From contig SMSO01000035.1 in NCBI GenBank assembly GCA_004764695.1, forward strand, positions 496,001-560,000: DNA of 64,000 nucleotides. The letters are read 5' to 3'. Each line of letters starts with the position of its first letter. Position 1 is the stretch's first letter. Shown piece by piece: positions 57,701 through 64,000 of the stretch. The notes beneath the pieces are model-generated. The model did not search any database and was not told the origin of the DNA. It saw nothing but the letters and a program-made list of their open reading frames with translations. Made by a program: the position numbers and the translations under genes. The stretch is from Schizochytrium sp. TIO01. Its lineage: Eukaryota; Protista; Bigyra: Labyrinthulomycetes.

Positions 57701-59806
57701 CAAAAATTAGATACACTTGATCTTTCAGAAAATGATGCCACGCATAAAGGAATGCTAGACCTCATTAGTTTGGTCATGGACAATGAGCGGGCCTTAAAAT
57801 TATTAAAGCTTGGCGGGAACTCAAATAGCTCAGTTCTTATCACAATCTTAGAAGTCCTTGCTGCAGCACCGTTCTCAATCCGTACAGAGCTGCTTCGAGA
57901 TATTCTTCTAACTAATCCAGATAGGCCACAGGAACGGCTCAGTACTTATATTGCGGAGAATCCATCCCGTAGAGGACTAGTATGGACACGAAGAGGCCGC
58001 GATGTCGCTGAGAAGGAGTTGACTTCGTTGAGAGATTTACTCAAACGAGTGCGCAAAATTGAAGCGAGAGAGTTGTGGACGGTGCAAGGTGGGCTTCACT
58101 TTCATAATGTCGACCAAGATATCGAGCTTGATCCATCTTTTCAAATTTTCGAAGGCGAGCTTTGTTTTGATGACTGCCGAGGTGATATAGTATTGCCCCA
58201 AAACTTGTATATTGATGGGTTTCTGAATTTTATGCGCTGTACTGGGGAGGTAGTCTTAGCTCCGGGTCTTCATATTGCTCAAGATTTCAGTTTAGATGAA
58301 GTACCTCGGCTGACTGAATTGCCTCCAGAAATGTCGCTTGGAGGGGCATTTTTTGCCATAGATTGTGAAGAGCTTGCTGACATACCTGAAGATTTTCAGC
58401 AAGCCCCAGACCAAATCTTCGTTCTTCAACGTTGCCCTAGCATACTTTTTATTCCTGATATCCTTGTATCCTCGCCAGGACGCATTTTTCTTCTTCAAAC
58501 GGGAGTTGATGGTAGCGAAATTGAGCGTTTACAAGATATTGCTCACCCGGGCATGGCTATTCGGAGCACCAATTTTCTTTCTCAGTATTTCTTCCAACCT
58601 CAATTCCCTACTCTACAGTCTGCTGTGAAATTCTGGGCATCTCGAAGCCGGATGCCGGAAGGCCCGGCAGACCGGTTTGCACGAGATGTGGAAAAAGCTG
58701 TGAGTCGTTATTTCCGGGAAAGCGTCACTCAATTTCTGGCAAAGCTACGAATGTCGAAAGAGTTCACAGAGGAGACTATGCGCGAAGGTCTTGCACGTCG
58801 AGTTGTCCAAGTACTACGCTTTATTGTCGAAGATTCAAGTGTTCGGGAAGCTTTGTTAGTTCGAATGAGTGATAGCATTGATGCATGTGGTGATAAGCCA
58901 ATATGGGCGCTCAACCAGATGCATGCAGTCATCGCTACCGCTAGAGCTCGAGGTAATAAAGAAGCCCTTAGACGCTTAGGCTGCGGAATGATGCGCCTCG
59001 GCATTGTACATGAGCATGCTCGTCGAAAAGTATTAGAGCTTCAAAGACAACGGCATGAAGCCTGGGAACGTAGCGGAGAGTCTCGAAGTCACCCAGATAC
59101 GAGTGGGGACGTTGATGAAATATGTGTATATCTCTTTTTTGAAATCGAGCTTCGTGAGAGGTTGGATCTGTCGGTAACAGCAGAACACATGCTTTTCCCC
59201 AACTTTATTCATATATCTGCTGCAGAAATTAACGCAGCTGCAGAAGAGGCTGAAAATATTTCTGAAGAAGACTTCGAAAGGTGGTTAACAACTTGGCCCG
59301 AATGGCAACGCCAAATGAGGTTGGAGTTGGCGCAGTCAATGACATGGGAGTCGTTACCCGCAGCTCGAATACCAAAACGTGTCAGCTTGAGCCAAACAAC
59401 ATTTCTTGGTGATCCAATGACAGAACCTGTACTACTGGGAAAGGCAGGCCCTTGGCAATTCGATGAACTTTTGGACCGCTGGATAGAGACAGGTATGGAT
59501 TTCAACAATGTTACCTGGAGGGTCGATGAGTTTTCAGAAGAGTTAGGCCGCGTTGAACCTGCTTTTCGATCTGCCACACGTTCCTCAATATCGTCGCTAG
59601 ACAGTGATTTTGACCTCGAGGCACGCAATCGTGGACTTTCATATGCTTCCTCTGAGACAAAACATTCATCCTTGGAGAATTCCAAATCTCGCAGATTTTC
59701 TTTGCGAAAATTGGCGCAACGCGCTTCTCTTCCAGTTTCACGTCGAAGCCAAGCGCGGCATGAACAATTTCTTGCAGAAAATACTGAAGACAATGACCTG
59801 ATGTAG
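54791..59806 (+). CDS. LRR-SPRY-LRR-NEL (IpaH/SspH-type novel E3 ligase) multidomain protein
   Basis: RNI-like LRRs (LRVLDLSNNGL, LYLAGN, LNLAGNGL). SPRY: WYYEI...QIGWA...GVGDDEHSWAFD...GDTLCC..DLE..TISFGYNG. NEL: FLAKL...DACGDK..ALNQM...LGCGMMRL...VDEICVYLFFEIELRERLDL..AEHMLF...WLTTWPEWQ. Confidence 0.85.
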   Translation: MGVLQRLLCRPGRGSSQRGGAQASAEPVPASPSTCSCRSSQTLVSDSNTGDEESHLHCLNPDLRSATIENAHRNSNSERHSAIFRRGNGSAMSSGRRSGTQRQRGDSCTSGPIINDGGHNHGRNCDTETMNGGNEYERFSERTDETDRQHPPIFGQIVEELDRRNGDCDQYSNDCTRYHSEEGEDGEDDEVVNSRASLSSTWSPSLGPLRRDSLTELSQTNSRGTNRDAPCRSRWHAAALGAWNSEEAPCMNDQATWEALRPCFLVKLSKGKARLQLDSRIWQDFSSSQVQFWPLVQRSKLAEINLSGILLNNMAVEILSDLITDNLQNLRSCQIEGSELPGRGPAGALVEALGCQTSRIEVLSLKGSVVQECGNLVAYRGSISHDNFSGAIDFETWSTVMLKQVILAAGCWYYEIKFEHIANGEYTQIGWASQEFECRSYVDGVGDDEHSWAFDIVRRSIWHNGVETPWGERLDEGDTLCCVADLENNTISFGYNGSFLAPFGIAFDIPQGLVLRPAITAGKDMRLTLNTGFDKIEYSPPHNALPISEWVVGERRLGTQWLVGSLCRLAARRTLRVLDLSNNGLDASSLSRIANAAQALPIQELYLAGNHATRKSIMAIASLLAETNSLLVLDLSQNFIGFDHHPDEDEQSSLDSMASSHVLDGLQRYFCGALILNRTLRSLNLAGNGLSEDDTENIAHAVIEGNYLRTLSFAGNPVSQHITLKLLTQATSLKDLDLSRVGILQTDDSVRGENVDVYHEDSLKILSPNLRRLILRGNGLGNLIDSRLGLFRTILSATSLEDVDLGKNSIDHRFANDIAEFIISNRRLRNLRLDSNLLESDSMNQISEALTSSNLSVLDVSENPIGASSCGYLLDCAKNLTTFSARMCEIGLEPYEDQSKALSTLASAISRHRTLRDIDLSQNALRNPEVAAHALGRAIRECPSLKNAKLSAMGYGAEGVRELVWELLQGQKLDTLDLSENDATHKGMLDLISLVMDNERALKLLKLGGNSNSSVLITILEVLAAAPFSIRTELLRDILLTNPDRPQERLSTYIAENPSRRGLVWTRRGRDVAEKELTSLRDLLKRVRKIEARELWTVQGGLHFHNVDQDIELDPSFQIFEGELCFDDCRGDIVLPQNLYIDGFLNFMRCTGEVVLAPGLHIAQDFSLDEVPRLTELPPEMSLGGAFFAIDCEELADIPEDFQQAPDQIFVLQRCPSILFIPDILVSSPGRIFLLQTGVDGSEIERLQDIAHPGMAIRSTNFLSQYFFQPQFPTLQSAVKFWASRSRMPEGPADRFARDVEKAVSRYFRESVTQFLAKLRMSKEFTEETMREGLARRVVQVLRFIVEDSSVREALLVRMSDSIDACGDKPIWALNQMHAVIATARARGNKEALRRLGCGMMRLGIVHEHARRKVLELQRQRHEAWERSGESRSHPDTSGDVDEICVYLFFEIELRERLDLSVTAEHMLFPNFIHISAAEINAAAEEAENISEEDFERWLTTWPEWQRQMRLELAQSMTWESLPAARIPKRVSLSQTTFLGDPMTEPVLLGKAGPWQFDELLDRWIETGMDFNNVTWRVDEFSEELGRVEPAFRSATRSSISSLDSDFDLEARNRGLSYASSETKHSSLENSKSRRFSLRKLAQRASLPVSRRSQARHEQFLAENTEDNDLM

Positions 59807-60281
59807 CCCGGAAAACTTGATCAAACGTGTTTGATACCAGGTTTGTAGCTTTATTCATTATCAACATATCTGTATGCATATATTAAGAGTGGCATTCTAT
59901 ATGATGATCAATTGTCGCCAAGAAGTTCTAAAAGGATCTTGTGATCGTAATACTTGGTTGTCTTGCAATTTTGTATATAGTATATAAGTAATATTCGAAA
60001 TTTCTTTTTTTTGTCAAAACAAATATGTATGTCGAGGAAATGAATGCAAAATCATTTGTCACAATATGACTTGTGTTATGGCTAATATTTTTTCAGTGTA
60101 AGAACGCATGGGTGCGATAGAATACATTGAGTGTAATCCCACGACAAATATGGAAACGTGCGCTACCCATTGTAAACAAATATATGATATGTTATTTATC
60201 CTTCATGATTAGAACGATAAAATCTCTCTTTGTGTGAATGTATTGAAATTATACCTTTGTCTGCACGTTTAGTTCGTGTAC

Positions 60282-61052
60282 TCAAATTTGCATCTGAGGA
60301 CGTCTTCCAAGGCCATTTGTTGGAGCAGAGGATGCGAGTAATCCTGCTTGTTCCGCACTATGGGAGTTATTTTCATTGCCAGAGATGTTTGTTTTACCAG
60401 ATGTTGCAGAAGATGAGGTTGTATAGAAAGAAGTTACCTTAGAGCCATCTTCGTAGCCCTGTGATTGCATGCCACGCGTAATTACATTCAACCTAATTGT
60501 CACCTCACCGACTGATTCAACTCGTGTTGCTTCACGGCCTTCTGATTTGGATACAAATCTAGAATCGTAAAACTCAGGTTGTAGACCTCTGACCCAGGCA
60601 AGAAACTGTTGCAAGTACGATTTGCAGACAGGTCTGAAAAGTCTCACTTTGCGAGTATAGGTGCCAGGTCGAGTAGGGATATGAACAGATCCATATCCTC
60701 GAGCAATATCACGACCCAAGCCATCTATTTTAAAAACACTGACCACTAGACGCGGCCAACCGTGTGCATTAAGACTTTTGAAAAGAATCTCGATCGGAAA
60801 ATTCCACACAACAGCTGTATCTGGTCCTTCTACCTTGTTTGCAATCTGTGAAATTCCTTTGTCAACGCCTTGAATGATCTCCCAATGCTTTCCATATGTA
60901 AAATCGTACTTCACATAAAGTCGATCCTCGCCTCGCAAGTTTCCTGACTCTACCTGACCTGTAGCGCTAACTAAGAACCCGATGCTACTGTTTTCATTTT
61001 TGTCTATCGCTGCTTGGGTTTTTAGTGACTTGGTGAGGGATAGCAGATCCAT
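60282..61052 (-). CDS. B9D1: B9 domain-containing protein 1 (ciliary transition zone, MKS module)
   Basis: GQVESG...G.SQIA...VVWNFPIEILFKSLNAHGWPRLVVSV...DGLGRDIARGYG.VHIP..PG...PEFYD..FV...EGREATRVES.G. The first ATG is at 61052. Confidence 0.9.
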   Translation of the reverse strand: MDLLSLTKSLKTQAAIDKNENSSIGFLVSATGQVESGNLRGEDRLYVKYDFTYGKHWEIIQGVDKGISQIANKVEGPDTAVVWNFPIEILFKSLNAHGWPRLVVSVFKIDGLGRDIARGYGSVHIPTRPGTYTRKVRLFRPVCKSYLQQFLAWVRGLQPEFYDSRFVSKSEGREATRVESVGEVTIRLNVITRGMQSQGYEDGSKVTSFYTTSSSATSGKTNISGNENNSHSAEQAGLLASSAPTNGLGRRPQMQI

Positions 61053-62139
61053 CTGGGATAACTGCCTTATAAGTCTATACAATTGTGACTTAGCCGCGCC
61101 GTCCTACCGCCAGACGTTTTATCGTAGCTTGCAATTCCACGCCTCGTTGCGTAGCTTACTCAAATGCTTGAAGCGAAGGCTTACTTTCCAACCCTTCCTT
61201 TGTTCCCTCGGGCTGTTAACGTTTGTCAACCATACACCAACGAAGAAATTAGGTTTCTGCAATACAACTTTCGATTGCTGGCCCAGGAGGCCTCGTTCGG
61301 GCCCTTTATTAACGAGATCTACTATTTACTCTATGCTGGTCACCCTGGTTCTTTGTCTGACTCAACGGTTCTTGTTAATCCATGATATTCTAGGTTTAAG
61401 TTTTTGTGCGTTCAACGGATCTGCGATGTTCTCTTTTTGTGCTTTTCCCGAACTGTTGCACACCATAGCTCGCCTTTTAACTTGATTACCTATATTTGTA
61501 TAATAAATTAGTGATGTGAAAACACTCAATCTGTGAAAGTATTATATCAATTTGACTCACATGATCAACCTGTTAAGGAACATTAAAGAGTTAGAGGAGC
61601 TTATAGTTTGATTGGCGAAGTTTGTCTTATTTTCTCTTAACAAAGATTTTTCAAACCCTTTTTTTTTATTTGGTGTATTTCAAGGTTTTTCATTCTAATG
61701 GAGAAGGGGAAAATGGGAATACACAAAGCGCTCATCAAAACTAAATTATGTTGTGACATATTTTTCCTTTAACAGATAATTAATGAATAGTTTGTACTTA
61801 TGTTCCCAGAATGAAATGGAGGCCGCCAACTACCGCAAAAGGGCAAGTGTAGCCTGATAGAAACAAGGTGAAGTTGAAGTATCGCAATTGTGATCAATCA
61901 GCAGTAGCTGCATGCGAGTTCGCCTTTTGACGATTGCTGGATGGTTGTGACCCAATAAAGAGAGAGCCAGAGGACGTGCAAAATTTCTTACCAGGATCTG
62001 CTACTATCGATCAAGCAGAGACTGTATACATAAGAAAGTGCACCAAACCAAAACTCTGGCGACGTGAAGCACCTACAAGCTATATTCTAGCCTGTTAGAT
62101 AAAGATAGCTTTAAGTCATCTACCTCGGCTTGAGATAGC

Positions 62140-64000
62140 ATGGGTGGAAGACGGGACGCAGCCGGTGCTGGCGATGCATCAGTTCCCAAAAGACTTGCGC
62201 CACTAGATCATATAAAAAATTTATACGATGGAGCGGCTGCAAATCTTGCCCAATCTGCGATGGGAAATGCCTCGCGCAAGATTTGTGCAAAGAAGGATCT
62301 TGTCGAGGCTGTGCGTGAGATGAATAGCAAACCAGGACTGAAGAAACTCGCTGCTGGACAAACTCAATCAGATGTACAACTCCGTTCAAGTGCCTCGCAG
62401 CCGGACACATCGAATTCGCAAGTTCGTGCTACATCAGCTGTTGTTGATAAACCTCGAGCTGAAAGTAACGAAAAACAATCTACGAACAAACCGCGACGAA
62501 ATGTGCGCACAGCTATGCCTCTCAGCCAGAAGCGGACATCAGAAAGAGGTGGTAGATTTAAAAGTGCGTCAGAAATTCTTCAAGAGACACTAAATTTTAA
62601 TGCAAAGAAGTACAATGACCTCAAAATTGCCTGCGAGGAAAAGGAGAAGCAACTTAATAAGCTCATTGATGAACTGGCCTCTTTACAAGTAGAGAACGAA
62701 TCTTTACGCAAAATGGAACTTCATCAAACCTCTGATACCTTACACCTAGACGAATTGAGCAACAAGATTGAAGAGGTTCAATCTCTACTAGAGAATAGAC
62801 AACATCGTCAAGCGGTGCTTCATCATATGAAATCACGCTTAGATGTGAACCAAGTAGCTTTCGATGCGCACATTAAAGGCATGGAGGAAGCCTTGAATGC
62901 AAGCTCTCGGGAATTTGAAGAGGTGAAACTTTTGATGCGACAACTTGAGTCAGGAAATGCCAACGCTCAAGACTCACTCAAAGCAGCGTCAGAACGCATT
63001 TCCAAAGAACGTGACCTACGCAACAAGCACTTAGCTCAGCGACGTCAAGAAGCTGCAAACGCAAAGCGTATGGAGGAATGGCGTGAAAAACGTGAAAAGG
63101 CCCGCATGATGCTTGATGCTGAGCTTGATGGTGATCTCAGCGAGGAAGGGGAGAGGCAACTAATTGCTGCTGTCAATAAAAGTACACAGCAGGATCAGGA
63201 GCTAGAACGAATCCATCGCCATGCGACGCAGGCTGTGTCAACATATGAGGAAGCATTCAATGCGATTCGCGAGGCAACTGGTGTCCGAACTCTTGATGAG
63301 ATGGTAGAAAAGTTTCTCGGACAGAGTGCTAACAAGCAGGCCCTTGTTGAAGAGCGCTTCGAAGTAGAGCAGCGTCAACGAAAGGTAAAGGAAGAGCTTG
63401 CTCGTGTTCAAACTGAGTTTGCAGAGTTCAAAGCAGCTGGAATAGGCGGCTCAGAGTTAAATCGGGAAATGTATGATAAGCTTGATAACAACATCTTAGA
63501 AGCCCGCCACGAGCTGAAAATTAAACAAGGAGTTAATGAGCGGCTGGAGAAGATCCTTTTGCAAGTTCGAGCTGGAATGCTTGGTCTGATGGGTCGATTA
63601 GCACCTTTTAAGCAAGTGCTGTCATTTGATGACGAGGGGCCCGGATTGGTTACCAGCTCCGTAGGTGGCCATGGAGGAGGCTCGGGTGGCAATAGAGGAG
63701 GAAGTGATATTCTCGAACTGACAATTGCATGTGAGAATAAGCTCACCCGGCTCTTAGATTGTGTTAATGCCAATTTGCAGAGTCAAACTCGTGGTATGCT
63801 CATGGCCAATGCCTTATCAGCTGTGCCAGCAAGTAGTCTTTCAGCAGCAGAAGCTCTCAGTGGCAGTGACAGCATCAGCTCAACGTCCATCATTGAGACA
63901 CAGGAAGGGGGAACTGCAACCACAGGGGTTGCACAACGTGGTGGGGAGACTGTGGCAAATCTTACGAAACAATGTAACCTAGCGCTAAGTTTGTTGGATT
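62140..64000 (+). CDS. Outer dynein arm docking complex-type coiled-coil protein (CCDC151/ODAD family), 3'-truncated by window edge
   Basis: Absent from the ORF track because there is no stop in the window. ATG 62140 opens a frame with long heptad repeats and YEEAFNAIREATGVRTLDEMVEKFLGQ, the ODA-DC family motif. Confidence 0.75.
   Translation, partial: MGGRRDAAGAGDASVPKRLAPLDHIKNLYDGAAANLAQSAMGNASRKICAKKDLVEAVREMNSKPGLKKLAAGQTQSDVQLRSSASQPDTSNSQVRATSAVVDKPRAESNEKQSTNKPRRNVRTAMPLSQKRTSERGGRFKSASEILQETLNFNAKKYNDLKIACEEKEKQLNKLIDELASLQVENESLRKMELHQTSDTLHLDELSNKIEEVQSLLENRQHRQAVLHHMKSRLDVNQVAFDAHIKGMEEALNASSREFEEVKLLMRQLESGNANAQDSLKAASERISKERDLRNKHLAQRRQEAANAKRMEEWREKREKARMMLDAELDGDLSEEGERQLIAAVNKSTQQDQELERIHRHATQAVSTYEEAFNAIREATGVRTLDEMVEKFLGQSANKQALVEERFEVEQRQRKVKEELARVQTEFAEFKAAGIGGSELNREMYDKLDNNILEARHELKIKQGVNERLEKILLQVRAGMLGLMGRLAPFKQVLSFDDEGPGLVTSSVGGHGGGSGGNRGGSDILELTIACENKLTRLLDCVNANLQSQTRGMLMANALSAVPASSLSAAEALSGSDSISSTSIIETQEGGTATTGVAQRGGETVANLTKQCNLALSLLD

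Overview
This is eukaryotic, intron-poor nuclear DNA. The long single-exon genes, microsatellite-rich spacers and flagellar genes suggest a stramenopile protist such as a thraustochytrid/labyrinthulomycete; that assignment is an inference. The housekeeping genes are: a 5'-truncated Upf1/Sen1-type SF1 helicase, a two-exon TMEM65 with EF-hands, an SV2/SVOP-like MFS transporter, a DEP-C2-sterol glycosyltransferase, a PH-EDR2_C protein, an epsinR-like ENTH protein, coatomer alpha, CLASP, B9D1, and an outer-dynein-arm docking complex-type coiled-coil protein that runs off the window end and is missing from the ORF track. Two things stand out. (1) A 1671-aa protein at 54791-59806 joins eukaryotic RNI-like LRRs and a SPRY domain to bacterial-type LRRs and an apparently intact IpaH/SspH-type NEL E3 ubiquitin ligase domain (catalytic C-x-D), followed by a possible degenerate U-box. 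(2) An accessory island at ~19.8-30.3 kb contains a 3.24-kb block sitting inside a split 20-bp tandem repeat array. The block carries giant-virus-like gene fragments and a frameshifted REase+kinase (Crinkler-type) gene, and a fibre/C1q-like fragment and many satellites lie nearby. No rRNA, tRNA or CRISPR array was recognised. All domain calls are from motif recognition by eye; no searches were run.
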